Of a stretch of DNA of 64,000 nucleotides, positions 18,401 through 27,395 are shown piece after piece. The stretch comes from an uncultured virus (IMG/VR IMGVR_UViG_3300027917_000001). Taxonomy: Duplodnaviria > Heunggongvirae > Uroviricota > Caudoviricetes. Within the stretch, counting starts at the first letter, position 1, and each line of letters starts with the position of its first letter. Position numbers and translations under genes: made by a program. Where the stretch lies: the IMG/VR virus record IMGVR_UViG_3300027917_000001; one strand, 5' to 3'. Under the pieces are notes generated by a model, which did not search any database, was not told the DNA's origin, and worked only from the letters and a program-made list of their open reading frames with translations.

Positions 18401-19032
18401 CACTGACCAGCCTTCACGCCACCGCATCTCGTATGGCTGAGCAGGTCGGCTTTCAGTTCATCAACGTCGGTGGCAGGGTTCTCCCAGCTCTCGACGTCTT
18501 TGACCTCAGACTCGCTTGGCTCTTCGAGCTGGACGCCACCGCCCCACTTTGCTGTTGGGAGATTGGGTGGATCGGTGACATCGAACCCCTGAACTGGATC
18601 AGCGTCAAGGTCTGGGGACCACGGCATGTCGGTGCTTCGCATGTCGAAGAACACGAGCCTTCCATACCTGTCTGGCATCACGATACCGGGGAACACCTCT
18701 CCGATATCAAAATAAACCGATCGCCATACAGGCGGCTTGATCCAGAACAAGACCTTTCGCAACCATACCGGCCAAGTGGTCTTGAAGTGGCTCCACCATG
18801 TCTTCGGAGCAGTCAATGATACCGTACGCTGCATTCCGGGTAGCGAGAACTTCATGACCAGATCATGAGCCAACGCTTCAGGCACGTAGCGAACGAACAC
18901 ATCGGGCTGCTCCCTAATGAGGGACATCTCCACTCGTGCGTTAGCAACGAAGTTGATCTGGTGCATAGCGATCTCTTTAATCGCCGGAATGAATTTCTCC
19001 ACGCCCACGGGGTACTTATTCCTGCTCGACAC
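18400..19032 (-). CDS. Hypothetical protein
   Basis: GGAGG RBS before GTG 19032. Confidence 0.55.
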   Translation of the reverse strand: MSSRNKYPVGVEKFIPAIKEIAMHQINFVANARVEMSLIREQPDVFVRYVPEALAHDLVMKFSLPGMQRTVSLTAPKTWWSHFKTTWPVWLRKVLFWIKPPVWRSVYFDIGEVFPGIVMPDRYGRLVFFDMRSTDMPWSPDLDADPVQGFDVTDPPNLPTAKWGGGVQLEEPSESEVKDVESWENPATDVDELKADLLSHTRCGGVKAGQ

Positions 19033-19957
19033 TCTCACCTCCTGTAAACTGTCTCTCTGCCAGCCTCCGCTTATACCAATCTGGCAGACCAGCGGTCGTC
19101 GCACGACTCAGGCGTTTCTTCCACGCCCAGTCGAACAGCTTCTGCTTGATCCGCTCTTGTTCCTCTTCATGGACGTCGGTCTGCACTTCCTTCATGAGTG
19201 GTCCGATGTCCCGTAGCGACAACGTTAGCTCGCCACGCTCTCGCAACCGTGCGATAGCCTTCTCCCACCGCGCCTCGCTACACAGCGCTGCGGCAAGATC
19301 GTCAATGATGTCAGAGCGGTTGGGATTTGCTTTCTTCCACTCGCTTGCATGCAACTCACGGAACCGTGGCGAGACATACTTGCCCATCAGCACCTTGCCG
19401 TCTCGTCCGAATCTGTTGTAGTTCTTGAAGACGATGCCCTCAACCTTCTGCCCTCCCAGTATCGAGTCCCTGTCGATCAAGTGATCCAACTCTTCGATGT
19501 CCATTGAGCTGTCAACGTACTTGATCAATGGAACAGCCTCAATACCAAGGTCAAGTGCAACGAGCTGTAGAGTATTATGGTCCTGCTCAAACCTCTGGTA
19601 CCCACTCTCGACACCGAACAGCATGAGGTGATTCTTGGGTATCCTCTCGTATGCCAGAGCATTGTGCTTCGGGCGCATGAACGCCTCACATCGGTAGATG
19701 ACATATGGCATCAACCTGTCCTTGATAGACATCACATGCATGACGGCTGGCGCAAACAACTTGGGCGCTATCTCTTGTACGATGATGGCGCTCTTCGACC
19801 TGAAGTGCAGCTCACCCTGCGAGTCAACCATGAAGCTGAACTGAGACCCGTCAACCTTCTCCGTAACCTCGATCGCATTCCCTTCGAACAGGCCGTCAAC
19901 CTCAGGGTGGCCTAAGTTGTACACCTTCGGGAAACTATGGATCTTCTCTGGCATCAA
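19016..19957 (-). CDS. RNA ligase (Rnl2 family nucleotidyltransferase)
   Basis: Motif I 'TEKVDGSQ', 'VPLI', motif IV 'EGIVFK', motif V 'KYVSPRFRE'. Confidence 0.8.
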   Translation of the reverse strand: MMPEKIHSFPKVYNLGHPEVDGLFEGNAIEVTEKVDGSQFSFMVDSQGELHFRSKSAIIVQEIAPKLFAPAVMHVMSIKDRLMPYVIYRCEAFMRPKHNALAYERIPKNHLMLFGVESGYQRFEQDHNTLQLVALDLGIEAVPLIKYVDSSMDIEELDHLIDRDSILGGQKVEGIVFKNYNRFGRDGKVLMGKYVSPRFRELHASEWKKANPNRSDIIDDLAAALCSEARWEKAIARLRERGELTLSLRDIGPLMKEVQTDVHEEEQERIKQKLFDWAWKKRLSRATTAGLPDWYKRRLAERQFTGGESVEQE

Positions 19958-20943
19958 CTTATCCTTTTAACTGTGAGTACCTCGTACTCTGTCTCCTCTG
20001 TAGCGTCGTGCAAGATCTCTTCTGGTATCAGGTCCTTGTTCAGTCGCTTGGTCTTGCGAACATTGACACCAACATCCCATGATCCATGCGCCTTGCTTGT
20101 GACAACAGCCTTGGCTAGATCCTGTAACTCCATACCAGCCATGATCTTAGCACGCGAGTCTTTGAGCGCCTCCGACAGATCCTTCTCGTCCTCTTTGAGT
20201 GAATCGTATATGCTGGCAACTGCTGCAAGGCCCTCGTCTTCGACCTCAACCTTGTCCTTGCTGCGTTCTTTCACGTTCTCGATCGCATCATCGAAACACC
20301 GATCACGGTAGTCGCAGTACAGACACGGGAACTCGTTCTTACTTGCGTAAGGACGAGGCGGCAACATGCCGTGCAATCCCATCTCGACTTCCAAGAATCT
20401 GCGAGCCGCAGCATCTGCCATATCTGCATCGTAGTTGATCTCGCATACCATGAACGGGAAATCCTCCCGGGGATAGCCGTCACGATTGACGTACAGGATG
20501 TACCACTTATTCCGCTTGGTTGCACGCATGTACATGTTGCATTGCTCCACATATGCCTCATGTGGGCCATGCGTCTTCACCCTGCCCCAACCACTGGAGT
20601 TGACACCCTTCACATCCAGTCCAGCATCGTCGCCAACGAGGCAATCGACGTGACCAGCTATCCCCCCGAGTCCCTCGATCTCAACTATGACCTTGGCTTG
20701 CGGGCTATGATACTTCTCCGGGTCCGCTGCGAACAATAGGCGCAAGGCGAGATCCTCGATGTCGTCACCTCTCACCATTGCCAACATACTATTCCACGTT
20801 CGCTCATTGCTTGGTGTGACACCACGTCCTTGATAGACACGAGCACGAACACAGCGTCCAGAGCTACTCAATCTGTGTATCCACTCGTACTGTCCATCAT
20901 TAACAAGTGTGTCAAGTCCTTTCGCAACGTCTTCTACGATCAT
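19954..20943 (-). CDS. Cas4-like PD-(D/E)XK exonuclease with Fe-S cysteines
   Basis: N-terminal Cys (SSSGRC), 'GHVD', 'DVK', 'QCNMY', C-terminal 'CLYCDYRDRC'. Confidence 0.8.
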   Translation of the reverse strand: MIVEDVAKGLDTLVNDGQYEWIHRLSSSGRCVRARVYQGRGVTPSNERTWNSMLAMVRGDDIEDLALRLLFAADPEKYHSPQAKVIVEIEGLGGIAGHVDCLVGDDAGLDVKGVNSSGWGRVKTHGPHEAYVEQCNMYMRATKRNKWYILYVNRDGYPREDFPFMVCEINYDADMADAAARRFLEVEMGLHGMLPPRPYASKNEFPCLYCDYRDRCFDDAIENVKERSKDKVEVEDEGLAAVASIYDSLKEDEKDLSEALKDSRAKIMAGMELQDLAKAVVTSKAHGSWDVGVNVRKTKRLNKDLIPEEILHDATEETEYEVLTVKRIS

Positions 20944-21050
20944 TCTTTCGGTCTCCTGTTATCTGACCACTCGTCGTCAACATCTATAATTGACAGCACG
21001 ATCACGGCCACGATACCAATCACTGCCACAGCACCAAGCAATATGATCAT
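20940..21050 (-). CDS. 36-aa single-TM peptide
   Basis: MIILLGAVAVIGIVAVIVLSII...; ATGA-coupled on both sides; not in the ORF track. Confidence 0.5.
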   Translation of the reverse strand: MIILLGAVAVIGIVAVIVLSIIDVDDEWSDNRRPKE

Positions 21051-21478
21051 TGCGTCATCCTCATCTCAGATGCGCTCCAATGCAGTAGAGTGCGCACTAT
21101 GTCGATATACCTGTCCCACTCTGCTACGTCCTGCTCCGCTTGCTCCAACTCAGCTTCGAGTAAGTGCATGTCACGTTGCCGTGCAAGGTGGTGCTCCAAC
21201 CATTTCTTGTACTCGTCGCTGGCATGTGCCTCAGAATCCAATCTGGTCTCACTTATCTTTCCTTCGGCGCTATTGCGTAACTCACTGACCAGACGTGCAA
21301 TGAACGCCTTCCTGAGCTGGTCATATGGCGAAGCTGTTCCGCCACGATACATGGATCGGTAGTTTGCTAGCCGTTCCTTGATGTCGACCACCCTCTTAAC
21401 GGCTTCCGATCGCTGAGCCAGAGCTACTGTCGGGTCCATGCCGATCGAATCGACAGCCCGATTGAGTGTCTCAGCCAT
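21047..21478 (-). CDS. Coiled-coil protein, possibly a UvsY-like recombination accessory
   Basis: Helical, 'ISETRLDSEAHASDEY'; adjacent to the nuclease; GAGGAG RBS. Confidence 0.4.
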   Translation of the reverse strand: MAETLNRAVDSIGMDPTVALAQRSEAVKRVVDIKERLANYRSMYRGGTASPYDQLRKAFIARLVSELRNSAEGKISETRLDSEAHASDEYKKWLEHHLARQRDMHLLEAELEQAEQDVAEWDRYIDIVRTLLHWSASEMRMTQ

Positions 21479-21494
21479 TGCTCCTCACCTTCAT

Positions 21495-21725
21495 CTACAT
21501 CCTGTCTCGTATCACCAGTACAGCATCCAGTGCTGGGTAGGCGATCGTCAGGAACTTATCGCCGGGGTCGATCTTACCGAACGCACGTCTGGCTGCGTTC
21601 ATGGCCAGCCTGATGTTGTACGTCCTGTTGTTGACAGTCGCATTAGTTGACCCCCAAGCGACCGGGATACCCTCGATCGTTCCGATCCGTACGTTAGGTA
21701 ATTGTTGTCGTTTGCTCATGCCCAC
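21495..21725 (-). CDS. Hypothetical protein
   Basis: 76-aa ORF in operon. Confidence 0.5.
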   Translation of the reverse strand: MGMSKRQQLPNVRIGTIEGIPVAWGSTNATVNNRTYNIRLAMNAARRAFGKIDPGDKFLTIAYPALDAVLVIRDRM

Positions 21726-21726
21726 C

Positions 21727-22296
21727 TCACAGCGTGTACTTCGGCTTGATGCCCATCAGGATATGCACAGCCAGCGCCTCGGTCGAACGGCCATCCATCT
21801 GCATACCAAGGAATGACTTGGCAACCAGCTTCGAGGACGGGTCAGTGTCTTCGGGGTCACCCATGGCATCCGCTGCGGCGACAACGCACTTCTTGTTCCA
21901 CCATGAGGCCACGTCGAACGCCAGATCGAAAGCCTTGGCAATCGTCCTTCGTGTGTCATTGCCACTGAGCCTGTCTCCACCACTAGTGGCACTGGATACC
22001 TGACCGGCAGGAACCTCGATTGGCTCGCCCTGATGTACGCTTGTGACAGTATATGCGTTCTCTGGTCGGGCCACCTTGACGATCTGTCCCTGCTCGCACA
22101 GATTGAACACCTTGTCATTCGGTGCGAACCAAACGCACTCCTCACCAACCTGAACGACGTCCTTCCACGGAGTGACAGCAGTCAGAATGACCGATCGCCA
22201 CTTGTCCTTGCCTTCGCCGCCTTCTGTCTTGCGCTCCACCTTACCGACGAACGGCCCTTCACCCTTGGCCATCTTCAACTTCGGGCGATCACTCAT
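21727..22296 (-). CDS. Hypothetical protein (possible ssDNA-binding/annealing protein)
   Basis: Beta-rich N-half with Gly/Ser linker; GGAGG RBS; recombination context. Confidence 0.4.
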   Translation of the reverse strand: MSDRPKLKMAKGEGPFVGKVERKTEGGEGKDKWRSVILTAVTPWKDVVQVGEECVWFAPNDKVFNLCEQGQIVKVARPENAYTVTSVHQGEPIEVPAGQVSSATSGGDRLSGNDTRRTIAKAFDLAFDVASWWNKKCVVAAADAMGDPEDTDPSSKLVAKSFLGMQMDGRSTEALAVHILMGIKPKYTL

Positions 22297-22471
22297 TGAC
22301 TTGTCCCTCCTTCAGTTTCTCGCCAGCGTATCTCATGACGAACTCGATGCCCCACACGGAAGCAGTCAGTGCCTCGTACAGTATCTCGATCTCATCGAAC
22401 TGATCGAGCCACTTGTTGAGGATGTTCTCTAGCCCCTTCGGGGACTGATCCCTGAATACTTTGTATTTCAC
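22289..22471 (-). CDS. Hypothetical protein
   Basis: GTGA-coupled 60-aa ORF (3' end of the 241-aa track ORF). Confidence 0.45.
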   Translation of the reverse strand: MKYKVFRDQSPKGLENILNKWLDQFDEIEILYEALTASVWGIEFVMRYAGEKLKEGQVNE

Positions 22472-22704
22472 TTGTTCATCATCTCCGCGATATATTCCTC
22501 TGCCTTGCAAAGCAACGGGTTCTTTGGCTCCCCCGGCTTGCCTTCCAGTAGCTCGTCCAGACACTCCCAGATACCCCACGCTAGCTTTGACGCTTCCGTG
22601 TTCGCCGTCACGTTCTCCTCGTTGAGGATCTCGCGCAGTAACACTGCCTCCAACAGGTCGAGCGTCACTGTCACTTGTTGGCGGATCTCCAGCTTCGCCT
22701 CCAT
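22468..22704 (-). CDS. Hypothetical protein
   Basis: GAGG RBS, 78 aa. Confidence 0.55.
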   Translation of the reverse strand: MEAKLEIRQQVTVTLDLLEAVLLREILNEENVTANTEASKLAWGIWECLDELLEGKPGEPKNPLLCKAEEYIAEMMNK

Positions 22705-22707
22705 CGG

Positions 22708-23073
22708 TCACCTCTCTACTGGTACCTTGGTCAGTTCCGTCCCCTCTGGCAGTCTCTTGTTCCTCTGCCACAGGTTCCGTGCGATCGACTTCGCTTCCTT
22801 CTCGCTCTTTGCTACTACTTCCAGAGTCTTGTGATTCGGGGCTCTCACTATCCACAGATACCCCGCGAACAGTTTCTTTCCTCCTTTCAGCGTAATGTAG
22901 TGCTTGACGTACTCTGTCCGATCTCCCAGCGGAGCGAGAAACACCAGCCTCAGTGCCTCCCTCGACTGGTATCGTGACATCAGCCTGATCGCTCTTGCCT
23001 TGTCTCCTTTGCATATCAGCTCACTGTCTAAGTAGATCTCGCCGTCCTTTACTTCAAGGATGTAGTCCGCCAC
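22708..23073 (-). CDS. Hypothetical basic protein
   Basis: Start reassigned to GTG 23073 after AGGAAGAGAG. Confidence 0.5.
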   Translation of the reverse strand: MADYILEVKDGEIYLDSELICKGDKARAIRLMSRYQSREALRLVFLAPLGDRTEYVKHYITLKGGKKLFAGYLWIVRAPNHKTLEVVAKSEKEAKSIARNLWQRNKRLPEGTELTKVPVER

Positions 23074-23305
23074 CTCTCTTCCTTTCTCTTCCTCATCTCC
23101 ATGACGATCACGGCCACCTCTCTGACACAGCCGATCACCACTCCCACCAACACCAGAATCAGGTAGACAGCCAGTCCCCTCAAGATCTCCATCAATCCAG
23201 AGCCTTAGCTGACAGCAGGATTCCACCATAGTACCCGTTATGGCGATTGTAAGCATTGAACGTGATCTCACCCATGGTTCCTCCTCCGTTGAAAAATCCG
23301 CACCA

Positions 23306-23334
23306 AATCTAACACATTTGACCACGCCTGTCAA
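23306..23334 (-). promoter_or_regulatory. Sigma70-type promoter for the replication operon
   Basis: TTGACA-N17-TAGATT on the minus strand. Confidence 0.8.
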
Positions 23335-23358
23335 GCCCCTGCCAAAATGGCAGACCCC

Positions 23359-23387
23359 TTGACAAAATGGCAGATCCGTGCTATATT
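23359..23387 (+). promoter_or_regulatory. Sigma70-type promoter (divergent)
   Basis: TTGACA-N17-TATATT with extended TG. Confidence 0.8.
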
Positions 23388-23395
23388 ATACGATT

Positions 23396-23680
23396 GTGTG
23401 CAAGACTACTCGTCACGTTAACTGCCCAAGGTGTCGTCAGCCGGTCTATGTTCGCCTCCATGTTGAGGATGGACAGGGGATTTACCCCGGTTATGTGTCC
23501 TTGTCCTGTCCCAATTCCTATCGGACGCGACATGGCCGACGATCATGCCGCCGCCCGATCATCATGACCCAGAAGCCGGGGAGACTGCTCGTCACGTTCC
23601 CCAAAAGCTGGGCAGACGTGGCCGGTCTGTCCATCCAAGAGATTCTGGGAGACAGCGATGAGGATCAGGAGAGCCAGTGA
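23396..23680 (+). CDS. Cys-rich (Zn-binding) protein, probably leaderless
   Basis: CPRC...C...C; GTG lies 8 nt after the -10 box. Confidence 0.45.
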   Translation: MCKTTRHVNCPRCRQPVYVRLHVEDGQGIYPGYVSLSCPNSYRTRHGRRSCRRPIIMTQKPGRLLVTFPKSWADVAGLSIQEILGDSDEDQESQ

Positions 23681-24092
23681 TATCGAAACGGTGCGAGCAC
23701 TCCACACCATACTATTCCCCGATACTTTCTTTGAGGGTCCAGAACTGGGCAACGTCTACTGGATTGCTTGGAATGATGTGGATGAGCCCGTGGGGTTTTG
23801 TTCTGTACGACCGATACGACCAACGTGTGATGAGCCACGATGGAGTGAGACTGCCATACTCTCACGAGCTGGTGTACTACCGGGGTATAGAGGACGTGGG
23901 CTTCAGCGTAGGTTCATCAGCCTGCGCATTAAGTGGGCACGCAGCGTTGGGTTTTCCAGATGCGTCTCCTATACACTTCGCAGCGAACCTACTACGTCAG
24001 CTAGGAATCTCGTCCGCTCTGGTTTCCTCCCCTACAAACCCGCAGTCATGTGGGCCACAGAAGACGTAGACTACTGGGAGAAAGAATTGTGA
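23658..24092 (+). CDS. GNAT family acetyltransferase
   Basis: Acetyl-CoA motif A 'VLPGYRGRGLQ'; 'SARNLVRSGF'. Confidence 0.85.
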   Translation: MRIRRASDIETVRALHTILFPDTFFEGPELGNVYWIAWNDVDEPVGFCSVRPIRPTCDEPRWSETAILSRAGVLPGYRGRGLQRRFISLRIKWARSVGFSRCVSYTLRSEPTTSARNLVRSGFLPYKPAVMWATEDVDYWEKEL

Positions 24093-24769
24093 CGTCTCGA
24101 AATGACACGAAGGGTAACATCGGTGAAGACGGTATGCTCATGCCATCAACACCTATGCGTGAAGAGATCGCACGACTATCCTTCGAAGGTAAGCACTACA
24201 AAGAGATAGCCGGAATCGTTGGATGTCACCCAGACACGGCACGCAAAGCGCTCAAAGAGGATGACGTACAGGCCCACATCCTACGCCTCAAGATTCAAAC
24301 TGGCGAGGGTATCAACCGCCTTAAGGTACGGGACTGGCGCGAGTTTGCCCCGGCAGTCCAGCAGTTCTACGAGTTCATTATGCAGCGTGCCATGCAGGAA
24401 CCTGAGTACATACGTAACCCAGTCGGTAAAGATGACGACGGCACCATACTATACGAAAGTATTGCCAACCCCGTCGCCATGCACTTCCACAAGCTAGCCG
24501 CGCAAATCGCACCACGTGTCGAGGATCGTGTCTGGGGTAAGACACCACAGAAGATCGAAGTCGATAAGCTACCTACCGCAGAGCGACTTGGTGATCTCAC
24601 CGATGCCCAACTCGATTACTATCGTCGCCAGATCCTGCAAGGCATCGACAAGAACATGGCATTTGCCGAAGCCATGCGTATCGAGGATGCAGACTACGAG
24701 TTCGAGCCATTCGCAGGCTTCATCAAGGACGCAGAGATCCTCATGATCGAGGGTGAAGTAGAATCCTAA
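24089..24769 (+). CDS. HTH protein, probable terminase small subunit
   Basis: N-terminal HTH 'YKEIAGIVGCHPDTA'; 'DRVWGKTPQKIEV...LTDAQL' pattern typical of TerS. Confidence 0.55.
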   Translation: MTSRNDTKGNIGEDGMLMPSTPMREEIARLSFEGKHYKEIAGIVGCHPDTARKALKEDDVQAHILRLKIQTGEGINRLKVRDWREFAPAVQQFYEFIMQRAMQEPEYIRNPVGKDDDGTILYESIANPVAMHFHKLAAQIAPRVEDRVWGKTPQKIEVDKLPTAERLGDLTDAQLDYYRRQILQGIDKNMAFAEAMRIEDADYEFEPFAGFIKDAEILMIEGEVES

Positions 24770-24948
24770 CCCCTGTCGTTACCTTCCATTTGATCGACCA
24801 TATCCCAGACCACCGCATCTAGGTCGCGCAAGAATCCAAGTACCTCCGGTGATTCGAGTCCGCCAACCTGTCCCCATTGTTCCATGCGTAGCAAGGCGAC
24901 ACGGAGTGACTGTATGAACGCAAACGCATCTGGCAGCTCACCCATCAC
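24766..24948 (-). CDS. Hypothetical protein
   Basis: GAGGAGG RBS, coupled. Confidence 0.5.
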   Translation of the reverse strand: MMGELPDAFAFIQSLRVALLRMEQWGQVGGLESPEVLGFLRDLDAVVWDMVDQMEGNDRG

Positions 24949-25247
24949 TCTTCCTCCTCTCCAAAGGTTAATGGATCGTCATCTTCACCGATCACGATCA
25001 GTATCATCGGATCACACACGATCAAGCTGACACCCATCGACGGCAACACATCATCACCATCGACAAAGAGACCGTGTTCGAGTCTGACGATCGCCATTGG
25101 TGTCCACTCATCAAAGTATATTAATGGAATCAGTGTCTCGCAGACGACTCGACCTGCACGCTTCCGGCTGCCAATGAGCACACGTTTCCCTAGTAGCCCA
25201 AGATCAACGCTCGTATTCTTGGGTCGTAGACTTAGAGTCCTTTCCAT
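24945..25247 (-). CDS. Hypothetical protein
   Basis: GAGGGAG RBS. Confidence 0.5.
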   Translation of the reverse strand: MERTLSLRPKNTSVDLGLLGKRVLIGSRKRAGRVVCETLIPLIYFDEWTPMAIVRLEHGLFVDGDDVLPSMGVSLIVCDPMILIVIGEDDDPLTFGEEEE

Positions 25248-25438
25248 CTCTCCCTCTCGATCTTCCGCCTTGCATACGCAGACATCGGACTACGTGATAT
25301 CTCGTACGTCGTGAACCTTCTCTTACATGACTGGCACTCACGCCTGCGGCGACGTCCGTCTTCAATCGTGCGTACATCTATCACACGACATGGACCAACG
25401 ACACCGCAGGACGGACACGGGTACTCGCTATGCGCCAT
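25232..25438 (-). CDS. NrdR-like zinc ribbon protein (no ATP cone)
   Basis: 'CPSCG...VIDVR...RRRRRECQSCKRRFTTYE' matches the NrdR N-terminal domain. Confidence 0.8.
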   Translation of the reverse strand: MAHSEYPCPSCGVVGPCRVIDVRTIEDGRRRRRECQSCKRRFTTYEISRSPMSAYARRKIERERWKGL

Positions 25439-25442
25439 CAGA

Positions 25443-25772
25443 CTACAGGTCCTTGAATGCGCCTCGTAGCACATTCTCAATTACAGTCAACCGCGCATCG
25501 ACCAACGTCAACGTCTTGCGCAACGCCTCACAGTATGGAGATATAGAGTCAACGTCACGGTCATCGAACTCACTGTCGATCTTGCGATCGACCATCTCCT
25601 CGATCAACGGTTCGGCGTCGGACTCCAGCCAGTTCTGTGCCACGTGCTCCACCTTGTCCTCGATGATACTCTCAACCTCGTAGCTGTCGATGTGGTCATT
25701 GACAAGGCTCTCAACGACCATGGTGATCAGCTTGCCGATCGCCTCTTCAAACTCGTTGGCGAAGTCACTCAT
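25443..25772 (-). CDS. Acidic helical hypothetical protein
   Basis: GAGGAGG RBS, 109 aa. Confidence 0.55.
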   Translation of the reverse strand: MSDFANEFEEAIGKLITMVVESLVNDHIDSYEVESIIEDKVEHVAQNWLESDAEPLIEEMVDRKIDSEFDDRDVDSISPYCEALRKTLTLVDARLTVIENVLRGAFKDL

Positions 25773-26004
25773 TGTCTTCCTCCTCTGGATAGAACTGTTC
25801 TACATCAACGATACGGTGCATCACAATGGGAGCATACACCACGAATGAATCATGAGGTTCTTGACGCTCGAACAATCGCACACGTCCTGCACTAGACAAC
25901 TCTGCCATCATATACGACTCGGCATATGATCTTGATTGTGCAGTAATACATCCCCACACATAATCACCGTTAACCAGCCGTATCTCGAACGTCACCCTAG
26001 TCAT
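25765..26004 (-). CDS. Hypothetical protein
   Basis: ORF in early operon; start uncertain. Confidence 0.45.
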   Translation of the reverse strand: MTRVTFEIRLVNGDYVWGCITAQSRSYAESYMMAELSSAGRVRLFERQEPHDSFVVYAPIVMHRIVDVEQFYPEEEDNE

Positions 26005-26051
26005 CGGGTGATTGCGCTGCATTCCCCTCGGCCTCCTTCTCAAGGTTCCTC

Positions 26052-26258
26052 CTATATTTCGACATCGCTACCCAGCTCCTCTCTCAGGTACTGTTGTGCC
26101 ATGTCGGGGTCAGTGAATGCCTTCCACGTCGGATACGCATACCGACGCACGGCAAGCAGGAATGCCTCCAATGCGTCGAATGAGTCGAATACTTCATAGT
26201 CAACATTTATGCCGTCCGCATTCACCACCCACACCTCCGGGTACTCAGTCCTCAACAT
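26052..26258 (-). CDS. Hypothetical protein
   Basis: AAGGA RBS, 68 aa. Confidence 0.5.
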   Translation of the reverse strand: MLRTEYPEVWVVNADGINVDYEVFDSFDALEAFLLAVRRYAYPTWKAFTDPDMAQQYLREELGSDVEI

Positions 26259-26541
26259 AATCGTATCCTTGGTAGTTGATGAAGTTGTCTAAGTGCAAGG
26301 CTTCAAACACCTTACCAATGTTCACCACCTCACCTTCGCGAACCGGATTGTCCACCTCGTCGTCCCACTCCGGGTACGTGTCTTCATCGACACACTCCTG
26401 CACATGCTCAATGATCTGCACGCACGTGTCGATCCACTCTAATGGTACTGGTGGAAAATGGTTGCACGATAGGTGCCATTCCAATGCGCTGCGTATGTCT
26501 GGCGCCCATTCAACCACGTCCCTCGCCGATAATCCACCCAT
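26245..26541 (-). CDS. Hypothetical protein
   Basis: GGAGGG RBS; 'LEWHLSCNHFPPVP' motif. Confidence 0.55.
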   Translation of the reverse strand: MGGLSARDVVEWAPDIRSALEWHLSCNHFPPVPLEWIDTCVQIIEHVQECVDEDTYPEWDDEVDNPVREGEVVNIGKVFEALHLDNFINYQGYDYVED

Positions 26542-26545
26542 TTCA

Positions 26546-26713
26546 TCACCCTCCTTTCTCATCTTCTGGTATACAGTTCACACAATAGTACGCCTTGAAC
26601 CATTCCCCCTCAAGGTCTGCGCGAATCTGATCGGCTTCGCAATCGCACGCCTTGGGGCCATCTCCCAAGTGGTGCCACCCCTGACTGGCGCAGCCGATAC
26701 GGTGCTCACCCAT
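26546..26713 (-). CDS. Small Cys-rich protein (end of mini-gene array)
   Basis: MGEHRIGC...CDC...CVNC; coupled. Confidence 0.45.
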   Translation of the reverse strand: MGEHRIGCASQGWHHLGDGPKACDCEADQIRADLEGEWFKAYYCVNCIPEDEKGG

Positions 26714-26927
26714 CTTCCCGTTCCTTCTGTTTGGCGAGCGCGGCGCGGATGCGCTCATCGGCAGCACCGTCTGTGTATGGAGCGAATGAAACTTCGCCCG
26801 CCATGTAGGCTTCTAGCTCTAAGTCTTGCAGCAGCCGCTCAAGGCGTTCTATCGTTACTTCTATCCATTCGCCGTCACCGCTTTCGGTGTTGCCCCAATC
26901 CCGTATCTCGTCACGCAGGTTAGTCAT
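26706..26927 (-). CDS. Mosaic mini-gene (MTNLRDE...ERLERLL...AALAKQKERE)
   Basis: Shares patches with 28052-28360. Confidence 0.6.
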   Translation of the reverse strand: MTNLRDEIRDWGNTESGDGEWIEVTIERLERLLQDLELEAYMAGEVSFAPYTDGAADERIRAALAKQKEREDG

Positions 26928-26929
26928 GG

Positions 26930-27193
26930 TCAGTCCTCCGGTAGCAGTTCGGCGGCGATGGTGATGGCCTCCGCTTCAGCCTTAGCGGCAATCTGTTCTA
27001 CCTTCTCGCGTGGTGCGATTAGTGGTAGTCGGCGGGCCAACGCCCTATCAACGCCAGCCGCAACCAACGCCCGTACAGCAGCATCGAGGCGGTGATTGAC
27101 GGCAAGGTACTTTTCTGCGTCGCCTTCGCGGAAGCGCAATACTCTGGCAAAGTCCAGCTTTGCCTCCCGGTACTCGCGTAGCTCGTCAGTCAT
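26930..27193 (-). CDS. Mini-gene (MTDELRE...)
   Basis: Overlap-coupled, Ala-rich. Confidence 0.55.
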   Translation of the reverse strand: MTDELREYREAKLDFARVLRFREGDAEKYLAVNHRLDAAVRALVAAGVDRALARRLPLIAPREKVEQIAAKAEAEAITIAAELLPED

Positions 27194-27395
27194 CGTCGGC
27201 CTCGTTGAGTAAACGAAGTTCAACCCATTCCCGTGGGTGCCAGACTGGAAGTGGTGAAGCTAACGTGCTACGGCGTAGCAGTCGCTTGACCAGTTCAGAC
27301 ACCGCCTCAAGGTTCCGTATCTCGTGAAACTCTTGCACGAGTTCATCGCGGTCGCCCATGTAGACGTACCGCTTATGTACCGCTATTGCTTTCAT
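27186..27395 (-). CDS. Mini-gene ending LLNEADDD
   Basis: Shares a 22-bp patch with its neighbour. Confidence 0.55.
   Translation of the reverse strand: MKAIAVHKRYVYMGDRDELVQEFHEIRNLEAVSELVKRLLRRSTLASPLPVWHPREWVELRLLNEADDD

Noticed and set aside
19954..20943. Cas4-like gene as evidence of a CRISPR-Cas system
   Set aside because: No cas1/cas2 or repeat-spacer array seen; solo Cas4-like nucleases are common in phage recombination modules
26462..26478. Additional GG-N10-GC sigma54-like match on the minus strand
   Set aside because: It lies inside a coding motif (WHLSCN) with no flanking IHF-like site; likely chance
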